From positions 57,500,327 through 57,564,326 of the forward strand of contig NC_057726.1 in NCBI RefSeq assembly GCF_004010195.1: a stretch of DNA of 64,000 nt, given 5' to 3'. Below, piece by piece: positions 49,436-62,709 of the stretch. The notes beneath the pieces are model-generated. The model was not told the DNA's origin. It was given only the letters and a program-made list of their open reading frames with translations, and made no database searches. The stretch is from Chiloscyllium plagiosum. Its lineage: Eukaryota. The translations under genes and the position numbers were made by a program. The number at the start of each line of letters is the position of its first letter. The first letter of the stretch is position 1.

Positions 49436-50799
49436 TAATTTCTGTGAATATGAAGCAAAATCAATCAAACTGGAACTAAATAGTATAAAGGAGCAAGAAT
49501 GCCATGGTACACACTGACCTCTGGAGATAACAAGAACCTAAGATGGGAAAATGGACACAGAAAAGGGTGGTGGAATAATGAGGCTGCCATATTCTTATTT
49601 TTTTTATTAGATTCCCTACAGTGTGGAAACAGGCCCTTCAGCCCAACAAGTCCACACCGACCCTCCGAAGAATAACCCACCCAGATCCATTTCCCTTTGA
49701 CTAATACACCTAACACAATGGGCAATTTAGCATGGCCTCATTATTCCAGCTGAGAGCTGGTGATTACCTTGCTGCCCTCCAGTCAGGTGCTGGACTGTCC
49801 AGGGGCAGACTGTTCCAGCTGGCAGTTTAAATACAGAGTTTCTTGCTGAATGAAGACTGATGTACACTCAGTAGGTGTCTGTGTTCCATACTCCTTTCAA
49901 GCGGCCATCTATCTGTGGATGGAGACATCAAGGGAAAAGCTGAAGACATCATGTCCCTCTTGTTAGAGACAGACTCCTCCAGTCTCTCTCCAATCATGGA
50001 ATTGGGAAAGGCTGGAGAACCCTACATTTTTCTTCCTGATGTTGCTCCAGAATAATCCTTTGTGTTGATGGCCCTGAGGTATAGCATCTCCATCCAACTG
50101 AATAGAACTCGGTAATTCATTCGTCCTCTAATGGGGGGGGAGAATCTAACCCTGCCCTCATCTCCATTACTTGCTCCTTCATATTGCTTCACCCTGTGTC
50201 AGCCCTTGCCTCAGCTCCTCAAGGCAAGGTTAGGAGAATATTGTTCACTTATCAGGTCACTGGTCTGTGGAATTCTCTTCCCCAAAGAGCACTGGAACTG
50301 TACCATCCACCATACAAGGCTGAGTAAGCTAGATTTTTGATGAATAAGTGAAAGATTGTAGGGGTAAACAGGAAAGTACATCCCCTGGAGCAAATGAACA
50401 CTGCAAAGACTTGATGTCTGGTTACTGAGGAACCCTCCCACCCAAGGCAAAAGAATCATGGTGGGAGGGGAAGATGATGCTTTAAAAAAGGAAGAAATCG
50501 CCAGCTCTTAGCTCAAAGGCAAGTGAGACTGGTTCAGGAGAGGGAAGGTTGACAAAGAGCAGATAGATGAGGGTTTCGGTTATTTCCCTCTTCCCCCCCC
50601 CCCCCCCAATGCCCACAGGAGCCCCTGCCCTATCCAGACAGAGCTCCGCGTGCTACCTCCTGACCTGTGGAAAACCCCTCTTCAAGTTGTCTCCAGGCAT
50701 CTGCACAACGTGTTCCTCAGTTACAGGTTTGTCCTTGGTCAGAAATATCCACGAGGCACTCCCAAGCAAATGGTATACACATCCCTCGACAGCTAGGTG

Positions 50800-51048
50800 G
50801 CGTAGGAACATGGGAACAGAATAGCCACCTGAAGCTCTTCAACCATGTTGTGATGCTACTTTCTCCCCACCCCCACCCTCCTCTAGCTTATCTCTCCACG
50901 CTTCAGGCTCTCTGCCTTTATTCCTGATGAAGGGCTTTTGCCCGAAACGTCGATTTCGCTGCTCCTCGGATGCTGCCTGAACTGCTGTGCTTTTCCAGCA
51001 TCACTAATCCAGAACCTGGTTTCCAGCATCTGCAGTCATTATTTTTAC
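50800..51048 (+). mobile_element. Penelope-like end with hammerhead core (50924-50951)
   Basis: CTGATGA-A-GGGC-tttt-GCCC-GAAACGTC. Confidence 0.65.
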
Positions 51049-52649
51049 ATTGTTGATTTGACCCCTGAAGCCTGCTTTACCATATGATAAAATCATGGGA
51101 AATCTGTGTTCGCATTAGCACTTTCCTGTTTACCCCTTACCAATCTTTCACTTCCCTGTTCATCAAAAATTGAGCTAAATCAGTCTGGTATACAAATAGA
51201 TCGTACAGTTCTGGTGCTGTCTGGGGAAGAGAATGTCACAAACCACTAACTCAACAAGCGAACAATATTCTCCTCATCGCCATTGTATAAGCAAGACTTC
51301 TTGTTCTGAAACTATATCTTTAACTCTCACATCTCCCACAAGGGGTAAGCATTCCTGTATTCATCCCATCAAGTCCCCTCAAGATTTTATACATTTCATT
51401 TTGCTAAAGGTGAATACTAACCTTGTGTGATTTGTGTATGAGGACACTCAGATCTCTCTATACAAATAGGTTCTGCACAGGCTCTCCATTTAATAAGTAC
51501 ACTGCTTTTTTATTCTTCCTGCAGCAGTGGAGTAGTTCACATTTTCACAGATTATACCCATTCTGCCAAATCTTTGCACACTCACAGTCTGTCTACATCC
51601 TTTTAGCTACGATCAACAACTTACTTTCCTCCTTATCTTGGTGTCATCAGCAAATCTAGCTACCATGCAGCCTTCCAAGTCATTCATATAGATTGTATAT
51701 AGTTCAGGTTTCAATACTGATCCCTTTAAGATTCCAGTCATTGCAATTTGTCAATCCAAAGATTCCCCTGCTTTTCCCATTTACCCACAGTTTCTGCTTT
51801 GGTTAGCCACCCAATTCTTTATCAATGCCAATATGATATCACCTACAGCATAAGCATGCAGCTCTGATATCATCAAATATCTTTGAGAAATCCAAGTACA
51901 TCATACCTGCAGCTACTCCTTTATCCATATTGTTTATTACTCACTCAAAGAGCTCTTGAATTTAAGAACCATTTACTTGTATAGAATTAGAATGCTCCTG
52001 AATAAAAAAGAGAACTTTCATCATAACTGTAGTTACACATCGGCAAAAAATAAAATTGTGGTACAAGCTGTGTGATTGATATATATTTTAATGTAATTTA
52101 ATTTAGAATTTGAATTTGGAACTAGTGGCATGTGGCGTTTTGCTGGGTCTGTGAAGAACTTTTACAATTATCTTGTAAGTATTGCTGGAGCCTTGGTGAT
52201 TCATTTTAAAACATAATATTGGAAGGACCATTCATGGTGTGTAAGAGTCTTCTTTCCACTGGCGGAGTTGATAGTAAATAGAGTACACTTGTATGCAATA
52301 GCTTTTAGTCAAAAGATCAGAGGTTGATTTATTTTTTCTTTTGATGAGGGAGAACACTCATAGCTTAGGAAAAAAGCATTTAAGTTGCACTTTGGCAGGT
52401 TTTATAGAAGTTGCACTGAAGTTAGATGCATAAGACAGTTGCTCCCAAAGGAAGATTACAACCATTAGGACACAGATTATCTTAGTGTAAAAATTTTAGT
52501 TTTAATGGTTCCAGACCAGCGGTGTTTCTTTACAAATTGAAGGTAAATTTGAAGGTGAGGATGTGTAAGCTCAATTATATGAAGGCTCCAGGAAGCCAAT
52601 GAATTCTCAAGAGAAGGAATTGAAGCCATAATGAAATGAAGCGTTGGAG

Positions 52650-55600
52650 ATGTCACAGAAGAGGGTTCTGGGTAATCCAAGATGGAGGACAGGAACAATT
52701 GTGGCTGTGAGAGCTGCTCTTTTTGAGGTATTTGAGGTGTTGGAAGTGATTTCCTTGAATTTCAGGAGATGCAATTACTGTTTTATATACTGTTGCATTG
52801 TTTTGGAACTTCGAGGAGAAAAGATCAAAACAATGGTACTTTTAAAAGGAGGAAGACAGACAAAAGGCAGTGACCACATGGTCAGTGAGGGAGAAGAGGG
52901 AGAAAGAAACCTACAATGCTAACTGACACTTCAATGAATCTGCACAGTTACTGCCTTTGCTGTTTGAGTTCATGTATCTCTGGACATCGGAGTATGTCTT
53001 AGAAAAATTAACAAACAGTGAAATTCACAATTGACCTTGGAGGAACCTGCGTGGGAGAACTCACAGCACAGGAACAGGTAAGTACATAGTTTTTAAGTGT
53101 AACCTTGATTATATGCTTAATTGAGATCTATTTCTTGATTAAATTTTAAAATTATAAACCATTAGTACGAAGTTAGCTTGGAGCACTTTTTTAAAGAGCA
53201 ATAAGACAGTGCTATTTTCTGGGTCTGTCGATTGTGAAGGAACAAAGCTGGCCTTTAGTAGAGTGATATGCTGTTCCTGTCTGATGTGGGAGACTAGGGA
53301 GCGTTTTCATGTTACTGATTATCATGTCTGCAGGAAGTGTCTTTGGTTGAGAATCCTATTGGATCGCATGGATTGGTTAGACTGGTAGTTGGAGGTAATG
53401 AGGAATTTACAAGAGCTTGGAGGTGCGATGGATGGCAGTTATAGGAAGGGATAAAAGCTGCAGATATTGTCAGGGAGATGGGTTAACTCTAAGTAAGGTA
53501 GGAGGGTAGACAGGTTGTGTAGGAGTCTCATGTGGTTATCCCCATCTCAAGCAAGTATGCTGTTTAGGAAAATGTAGAGGGTGATAGACTCTCAGGGGAA
53601 TGTAGCATGAACAGCCAAATTTCTGATACCTAGAATGGCTCTAATGTAATGAGGGGCATGTCAGGTTCCAAGCAATTGATTGTGATAGGGGACTCTCTAG
53701 TCAGAGGCACAGACAGACCTTTCTGCGGCCGGCAGTAAAAAATGAGAGTGGTGTGTTGCCTCTCTCGTGCCAGGAGCAAGGATATCTCGGGGAGAGTACA
53801 GAATATTCTCAAAGGGGAGAGGGACCAGCAGGAGGTCATTGTACACATTGAAACTAATGACATAGGAAGAGGAAAGGATGAGATTCTGAAGGGGGAATAA
53901 AGAAAGTTAGGCACGAATATAAGAAGGAGGTCATCAAGGATAGTAATATCTGGACTAGATTAGATTAGATTCCCTACAGTGTGGAAACAGGCCCTTCGGC
54001 CCAACCAGTCCACACTGACCCTCCAAAGAGTAACTCACCCAGACCCATTTCCCTCTGACTGATGCACCTAACACTATGGGCAATTTAGCATGGCCAATTC
54101 ATCTGACCTGCATGTCTTTGGGCTGTGGGAGGAAACCGGAGCACCCGGAGGAAACCCACGCAGACACGGGGAGAATATGCAAACTCCACACAGACAGTCG
54201 CCCAAGGCTGGAATCGAGCCTGGGACCCTGGCGCTGTGAGGCAGCAGTGCTAACCACTGAGCCGCCCCAATGCTACTGATGCTATGAGCTCGTGAGGGAA
54301 GGAATAGGAGGATAGAGCAGATGAATGCATGGCTGAGGAGCTGGTGTATGGGAGAAGGGTTCACATTTTTGGATCATTGGAAGCTCTTCTGGGGTAGAAG
54401 TGACCTGAACAAGAAGGATGGATAGCACCTAAATTGGAAGGGGACTAATATACTGGAAGGGAGATTTATTAGAGCTGCTCGAAGGACTTAAACTAGTAAG
54501 GTAGGGGCTGGGACCCCAGGGAGATAGTGAGGAAAGCGATCAATCTGAGAGTGGTACAGTTGAGAACAGAAGGCGAGTCAACCAGTCAGGGCAGGCAGGG
54601 ACAAAGCAGAGGACAAGGTAGGACTGATAAATTAAGTTGCATTTACTTCAATGCAAGAGGCCTAACAGGGAAGGCAGATGAACTCAGGGCATGGTTAGGA
54701 ACATGGGACTGGGATATCATAGCAATTACAGAGGCATGGCTCAGGGATGGACAGAATTGACGGCTTAATGTTCCAGGATACAAATGCTATAGGAAGGACA
54801 GAAAGGGAGGCAAGAGAGGAGAGGGAGTTGCATTTTTGATAAAAGGTATCATTACTTAGGGAGGATATTCCTGGGAATACATCCCGGGAAGCAGTTTGGG
54901 TGGAACTGAGAAATAAAAAAGGGATGGTCACCTTATTGGGGTTGTATTATAGACCCCTGAATCATCAGTAGGAAATTGAGAAACTAATTTGTAGAAGATT
55001 TCAATTATTTCTAAGAATAATAGCGTGGCTATGGCAGGTGATTTTAATTTTCCAGATATAGACTGGGACTGCCACAGTGTTAAGGGATTAGATGGAAAGG
55101 AATTTGTTAAGTGTGTACAAGAAAATTTTCTGATTCAGTATGTGGATGTACCTACTAGAGAAGATGTAAAACTTGACCTACTCTTGGGAAATAAGGCAGA
55201 GTGGGTGACTGAGGTGTCAGTGAGGGTGCTCTATCAGGCCAGCTACTATAACTCTATTAGATTTAAAATAGTGATGATTGAAGGAAGGCTAATTTTGATG
55301 GTATTAAGCAAGAACTTTCAAAAGCTGATTGGACAAAGATGTTCGCAGATAAAGGGACAGCTGGAAAATGGAAAGCCTTCAGCAATGAGATAATGAGAGT
55401 CCAGAGCTAGTATATTCCTGTTAAGGTGAAAGGAAAGACTGGTAGGTGTAGGGAATGCTGAATGACTAAAGAAATTGAGGTTTTGGTTACGAAAAAGAAG
55501 GACGCATGTGTCAGGTATAGACAGGATAGATCGAGTGAATCCTTAGAAGAGTACAAAGGCAGTAGGTGTACACTTAAAAGGGAAATCAGGAGGCAAAAGA

Positions 55601-57420
55601 GGGACATGAGATAGCATTGGCAAATAGAATTAAGGAGAATCCAAAGGGTTTTTACAAATACATTAAGGGTGAAAGGGTAACCATGGAAGGAGTAAGGCCC
55701 CTCAAAGATCAGCAAGGCGGCCTTTGTGTGGAGCCGCAGGAGATACGGGTGATACTAAACGAGTATTTTGCATCAATGTTTACTGTAGAGAAGGACATGG
55801 AAGATATAGAATGTGGTCAATTCGATGGTGACATCTTAAAAAATGTCCATATTGCAGAGGAGGAGGTGCTGAATGTCTTGAAATGCATAAAAGTGGATAA
55901 ATCCCCAGGACCTAGGGAAATGATTGCTGGGCCCCTTGCTGAGATATCTGTATCGTCAATAGTCGCAGGTGAGGTACCAGAAGACTGGAGGTTGGCTAAC
56001 ACGGTGCCACTATTTAAGAAAGATGGAAAGAACAAGGTAGGGAACTATAGACTAGTGTACATGACATCGGTGGTGGGCAAGTTGTTGGAGGGAATCCTGA
56101 GAGACAGGATGTGCATGTATTTGGAAAGGCAAGGACTGATTAGGGATAGTCAACATGCCTTTGTGTATGAGAAATCATATCCCACAAACTTGAGTTTTTG
56201 AAGCAGTAACAAAGAGGATTGATGAGGGCAGAGCAGTGGATGTGATCTATATAGACTTCAGTAAGGCATTCGACAAGGTTCCTAATGGTTGACTGATGAG
56301 CAAGGTTAGATCACAGGGAATACAGGGAGAAAGAGCCATTTGGATACAGAACGGCTCAAAAGCAAAAGCAAGAAGGTGGTGGTGGAGGGCTGTTTTTCAG
56401 ACTGGAGGCCTGTGCCTAGTGGTGTGCCACAAGGATCGGTGCTGGGTCCACTGCTTTTTGTCATTTATATAAATGATTTCATTGTGAACATGGGAAGTAG
56501 AGTTAGTTTGCAGATGACACCAAAATTGGAGGTGTAGTGGACAGCGAAGAAGGTGACCTCAGATTACAACGGGATCTTGACCAGGTGGGCCAATGGGCTG
56601 AGGACTGGCAGCTGGAGTTTAATTCAACTAAATATGAGCTGCTGCATTGTGGGAAGGCAAATCAGAGCAGGACTTATACACTTAATGGTAAGGTCCTGGG
56701 GAGTGCTGCTAAACAAAGAGGCCTTGGAGTGCAGGTTCCTTGAAAGTGGAGTCTCAGTTAGATAGATTAGTGAAGAAGGCATTTGATCTGCATTTTTTTA
56801 TTGGTCAGAGAATTGAGTATTGGAATTGGGAAGTTATATTATGACTATACAGGACATTGGTTAGGGTACTTTTGGAATATTGCGTGCAATTCTGGTCTCC
56901 TTCCTTTAGGAAGGTTGTTGTGAAATTTGAAAGGGTTCAGAAAAGATTTACAAGGATGTTGCCAGGGTTGGAGGATTAGAGCTACAGGGAGAGGCTGAAC
57001 AGGCTGGGGCTGTTTTCCCTGGAGCGTCAGAGGCTGAGGGGTGCCCTGATAGAGGTTTATAAAATCATGAGGGGCATGGATAGGATAAATAGACAAAGTC
57101 TTTTCCCTGGGGTGGGGGAGTCCATAACTAGAGGGCACAGGTTTAGGATGAGAGGGAAAAATATTTAAAAGGGACCTAAGGGATAATGTTTTCATGCAGA
57201 GGGTCATGTGTGTATGGAATGAGCTGCCCAAGGAAGTGGTGGAGGCTGGTACAATTACAACATTTAAAAGGCATCTGGATGGGTATATGAATAGAAAGGG
57301 TTTAGAGAAATATGGGCCCAGTGCTGCCAAATGGGACTAAATTAGGTTGGGATATCTGGTTGTCATGGACAAGTTGGACTGAAGGGTCTGTTTCTGTGCT
57401 GTACATCTCTACAACTCTAC
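52650..57420 (+). mobile_element. Near full-length decayed CR1 LINE (5' UTR, ORF1 zinc finger + SGNH esterase, ORF2 APE-RT, tail)
   Basis: ORF1 CCSCLMWE and VIGDSLVRG..VIVHIETND; ORF2 [38 protein letters not shown]; ctctacaactctac tail; many stops and frameshifts. Confidence 0.9.
53956..54268 (-). mobile_element. HE1/V-SINE nested in CR1 ORF1
   Basis: Full SINE reverse complement with (tagat)n tail. Confidence 0.85.
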
Positions 57421-57444
57421 AGGAATTCTTTCTGACAAGACTAC

Positions 57445-59660
57445 TGTAAAGGAATAACAGAACAGTATAATACAGCAACAGGTCCTTCGGCCCACCATGT
57501 CTTTGCTGATACATGACACCTTACTAAAAGAAAAAGCCTTTTACCTCTACTCCCTGCCTATTCATGTATTGGTCAAGATGTCTCTTAAACATTACTATTG
57601 TATCTGCTTTTACCACCTTTTCTGGCAATGCATTCCAGGCCCATACCACCCTCTGTCAAAAATGTACCTCTCACATCTTCCTTAAAATTTCTCCTTTCAC
57701 CCTAAACCCAGGTCCCCTAGTAATTGACATTTCTACCCTGGGAAAAAGACTCTGACTATTCTTTCTTCAATGCTTCTCATAATTTTGTGAACTTCTATCT
57801 GGTCGCCCCTCAATCTCCAACATTCAAGTAAAAACATACCAAGTTTCTCCAATCTTGCCTCTTAGCTAATATCCTCCAAACCAGGCAATATCCTGTTAAA
57901 CCTTTTCTGTACCTCTCCAAAGGCTCCACATCCTTCTGGTACTATAGCAACCAGAGTATATGCAATATTCTAAGTGTGACCAAATAAACTTCTAAACGTC
58001 GCTCATTAGTGTTTATACCCTGATGCTCTGACCAATGAAGGCAAACATGTTATATGCCTTCGAGACCACTGTACTCATTTCAGTTGCCACTTTCAGGGAA
58101 CTGTGGGCCGGTTGTCCAGATCTCTTTGTGTGTTAATGGTTCTAAGGATTCTGCCATTTACTGTATACTTCTTCCTGCATTAGATTTTGCAAAATGCATT
58201 ACCTCACATTTGTCAGGATTAAATTCCATCTGCCATTTCTCCATTCAAGTCACCAGCCTATCTACATACTGTTGTATCCTCAGGCAATTTTCCTCAGTAG
58301 CTGCAGCTCATCCAGTTTTTGTGTTATCCTCAAACTTACAAACTGGACCACTTGCATTCTCTTTCACATTATTTATATATATTACAAACAACAGGGGTCC
58401 CAGCACTGATCCCTGTGGAACAGCCCTGGTCACAGATCTCCAAACTGAACAATACCCTTCCACAGCTACTTTTTGCTTTCTATGACTTTGCCAGTTGTGC
58501 ATCCATCTTACCAGCTCACCACCAATCCCATGTAACTTCATCTTCTGAATCAGCTTGCCATGAGAGACCTTGTCAAAGGCTTTGCTAAAGTCTTTGTAGA
58601 TAATATCTATTGCCCTGCCCTTCAGCAATCATCTTTGTCACTTCCTCAAGTTTTTGAGTCACGATCTTCCTCGCTCAAAGTTATGCTGCATATTGCTAAT
58701 AAGCCCATATTTTTCTAAATGTGAGTAAATCCTGTCCCTCAGAATTTTCAAAAATAATTTCCCTACTGCTAATGTAAGGCTCACCAGCCTGTAATTTCCC
58801 GGATTATCCCTGTTGCCCATTTTAAACAAAGAAACAACATTGATTATTCTCCAGGCCTCTGAGACCTCTTATGACAAAAGAGAATACAAAGGTTTCATAC
58901 AGGGTCCCAGCAATTTCCTCACTTGCCTCCCTCAGCATTCTGAGATAGATTGCATCAGGTCCTGGGAACTTTGCAGCCTTAGTGCTTTTCAAAACACCCA
59001 ACAGCTTCTAGGGCATGTCATAGAATATCAATATACCCCTCCTGAGACATACCATCCACCATGTCCTTTGCCTTTGTGAATACTAAAGCAAAGTATTTGT
59101 TAAGGACCTTATCCGCTTCTTCCAGCCTGACATGTAAATTCCCTCCTTTGTCCATGAGTGAACGTATCCTTTCCCTCTCGCTCCTTATGTACGTTTAAAA
59201 TACCTTGGGATTAACCCTGTTTGCCAAGGATATTTTATAGCCCCTTATATCCCTCCTACTTCCTTGTTTAAGTTCTTTCCTGCTTTCTTTATGTTCTTCA
59301 AAGGCTCTGTCTGTCTTCAGTTTCCTTCAGTATACCTCCTTTTCCTTTTTGACTAAGCTCACGATTTCCCTGACATCCAAGGTTTGCAAATCTTGCTATC
59401 CTTATCCATTATTTTCACAGGCACAAGATGATCCTGAATTCAAATCAACTGGCTTTTAAAAGAGTTCCACAGGTCAGATGATTCCCAAAGCCTCAAACTG
59501 CTGCCCCCAATCTATTAGTTCCTGCTTAACATTGTGGTAGTTGGCCATCTCAGAATTTAATGTTTTCACCTGAGGACTACTCTTATCCTTATCCATAAGT
59601 AACTGAAAATTCACAAAATTGGGGTCACTGTTCCCAAATTACTCTCCCACTGAAACATTT
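57445..59660 (-). mobile_element. CR1 LINE, decayed
   Basis: [29 protein letters not shown]. Confidence 0.85.
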
Positions 59661-61018
59661 GGGATTAATTGGATTCTATTTTACTGGCTATTTCTAAATG
59701 TTAAATTTGTGTTTGTGTTCTTCTATTTTATCTTCATTTCTTTTGCACAATAAACTATTATTCTTAAAATCATATCTGAAACATTGCATGTTTGTGTTTC
59801 CATGAAAACCCACCTTATTAAAGAAAATCAAACAAAATATGATTTATCAAGCCAGAATTCAGTATGACATGTCTCACAATAAGGCCAGCTGGCATCTTCA
59901 CAATCATCATTTAGAATTAGTTAGCTGAAAATATGAAATTGGATTTGTAACTAACAAAATTTGCTGGAACAGACATTAACTCCCAGCATGACAGCTCATA
60001 TTAATTTACATTGCTGCACAATCCACCTCCAACCCTTTTGGGGGGGGGGGGGGGGGGGGGGGTGTTGAAGTGGGGTGAAGACATCAAGAATACAATGGGT
60101 TTCTTGGACAAATAAAGTTGGTATTGAGAAAATTTGACAAGGAAAGCAGAGTAAGCACCTGAAAGATTAATCTCACCACATGCCCCACACCACCTCCATG
60201 ATGGAAACTGAGCACCAACGTCTCAGGAACACATTTCTGATTCACTTAGAGATTGTGTCTGCACTTCGCTGCTGCACTTGGCCTGAACTGACAACTCTCA
60301 CTGTAATGGTGCAGCAAGGACAATGTGTGCGTACTCAGGGACATGCGGTCTGCAGTGGAACAGGCTGTATCTTCAACCTGTTCACTTGTTGTAATAGCAC
60401 TCACTTACTCAGAGAGAAGATGGTGGTACCTATGTGGCAGACTGGAGAGGAATGTTGACCTTCTTCCTACAATGCTCCATTATTGTCCAGATAGCTGAGA
60501 CTATTTTAACCCAAGTAGAAACCTTAGACCTTGCTGATGTGGTTGGGTGTCAATGCACCCATTGCTGGTCTTGAGGCAAGAAGAGCTCCATCGTTACCAC
60601 CACCACCCCATCCAGCAGAACCTCACAAAGCAGGGCACTTATTTCCACCTGTCTGTTACATCTAGAGCAAATATCAGGAATTGTGCAGGGCAGCTCAATA
60701 CTGACAGTGTCTGTCCAGGTGCACCACAGACTTTCAAAAATGGTATGGGCGCAAGTGATACCAGATATTTAGTAGATATCCAGGGAGTGGCAACTTGGTC
60801 CCGGTAATGGCGCATGGTAAGATGGAGCAGAAATCGAATGTGAGAAAGATGCAATAAAGGGGTGACAGGTAATTAATGAGGACAGTTTAGTTAGACACAG
60901 CAAGAGAATTTGCCAGAATTCATGGCAACAAACCCTTCCAAAAAGACTCAGCGCAAAACAGTTAGCCCAAGAAAAGTAAGATTCATCTGAATTAATCATT
61001 CAGTTTCTCTGCCATTCC

Positions 61019-61034
61019 TGCTGCCCCCTGCTGT
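61019..61034 (-). promoter_or_regulatory. Candidate CTCF site
   Basis: Minus strand acagcagggggcagca, close to the CTCF core. Confidence 0.3.
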
Positions 61035-61079
61035 TCCTTAGCTTCAGCTAAACAGATGGCGTGCCTTGTCCTTCTGATC

Positions 61080-62570
61080 TGAGATTCTCCCGTACTAATG
61101 TACTGATCCCATCCTTTAATACCAATGCGACTCCACCTCTTTTTCCTTCTTGTTTTTCCTTCCTAACATCAGGTATCCTTGAATATTTGGTCCTCATTCC
61201 TGGTCACCAAGCAGTTACATTACTGTAATGGTAATTAGGTCATATCCATGTATCACTATTTGTGCCTTTATGTCACTATCCGTGCTGTAATTGTTGTATT
61301 CATTCAGGTAGAGTTTCTTTAACTTTGTTTTTTTGACAGCATTCTGCTTTCAAAGTACACTCAATGCTTGGTTTTGTTTGTCCTGTCTTCTAGCCTCCCT
61401 ACCATCTCTTTGACTTTGTGTTAAAAGACTTTAATTCCTTCACCACACCTCTGTACGGCACCTTGTGAAAGGCCTTCTGGAAATCCAGATAGATCATGTC
61501 CACCGGATCTGCTTTCTCTAATCTGCTCCTCCAAGTAATCTCTTGGCATGACCTCTCCTTGATGAAGCCATGCTGATTCAGTCCTATTTTAACGAGCACT
61601 TGAAAATACTTTGCAATCTTATCCTTGAAATCATACCAACAACTGAGATCAGGCTAAATACCAATAATTTCCTGTCTTGCTCCCCCCCACCTTCTTAAAC
61701 AGGGGTATTAGATTAGCCATTTTCTAATTCTCTGGGATGCTCCCTGACTCCAGTGATTTCTGAAAGATCACCACCAAGATTTATAATCTCCTCAGCTTTC
61801 TTCTTTAGAATTCTGGGGTGTAGTCCATCTGGTCTGGGTGATTTATCGTCTTCAACCCTTTCAGCTTCCCCAGCACCTTCTCCTTAGTGATGGCCACTAC
61901 ACTTTCTCTGTCCTCTGACACTCTTGAAGTTCTGATGTGTTGCTGGTGTGTCCTACCATGAAGACTGATGTAAAACATCTATTCAGTTCCTCTGCCATTT
62001 CTTTGATCCCTATTGCAATTTATTCAACCTCATTTTCAACTGGTCCAAAGCCCACTCTTGCTTCTGTCTTACTTATTATAATTCTTAAAAAAATCTTGCA
62101 ATCTTCTTTTATATTACTATCTTACTTACCCTCATATTCCATCTTCTCCCCCCTTGTTCTTTCTTTTGTACTCTGCTGGTTTGTAAAGGCTTCACAATCC
62201 TCTGGCTTCCCACTAATCTTCTCCATGTTGTATGCTTTTTATTTTGCTTTTGTGCTGTCCCAGACTTCCTTTGTCAGTCATGGTTACCTCCTCATCTTTT
62301 TCTTCTTCTTAGGGATGCATTTCTGCTGTGCCTCCCAAATTACCCCCAGAAACTCCTGTCATTGTTGTTCCACCATCTTCCCTGTTACACTCTCATTCCA
62401 ATCTACTTTGGCCAGCTCCTCCCTCATGTCTTTGTAGTTACCTTTACTCAATTTAATATCATTTCATCCGATTCCAACTTCTCCCTCTCAAACTGCAGGG
62501 TGAATTCCAACATATTACAGTCACTGCCCCCTAGGAGTTAATTTACCTTAAGCACCCTAATCAAGTCTGC
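61080..62570 (-). mobile_element. CR1 fragments
   Basis: NQHGFIKERSC, YLDFQKAFHKVP. Confidence 0.75.
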
Positions 62571-62669
62571 AATACTTTAGTTCTGAAACTGACAACCGGA
62601 AGCGGCAGGGACAGGCCACTATAAATGCTGGAGGAAACACCACAGAAGCGCTTCACAGGAGGCTCCCAA

Positions 62670-62709
62670 GCACTGAGGATGTCACCTAGACAGGGGACGA
62701 AACGTTTGC
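62670..62709 (+). ncRNA. Minimal type I hammerhead motif (family C) in a Penelope-like end (~62575-62782)
   Basis: gca-CTGAGGA-T-GTCaCCT-agac-AGGgGAC-GAA-ACGT-T-tgc. Confidence 0.6.

Noticed and set aside
60040-60062. Poly-G run as a G-quadruplex element
   Set aside because: Simple homopolymer, prone to sequencing error, with no supporting context
61937-62437. Hydrophobic 166-aa ORF resembling a membrane protein
   Set aside because: Antisense of a Lys/Arg-rich CR1 ORF2 segment
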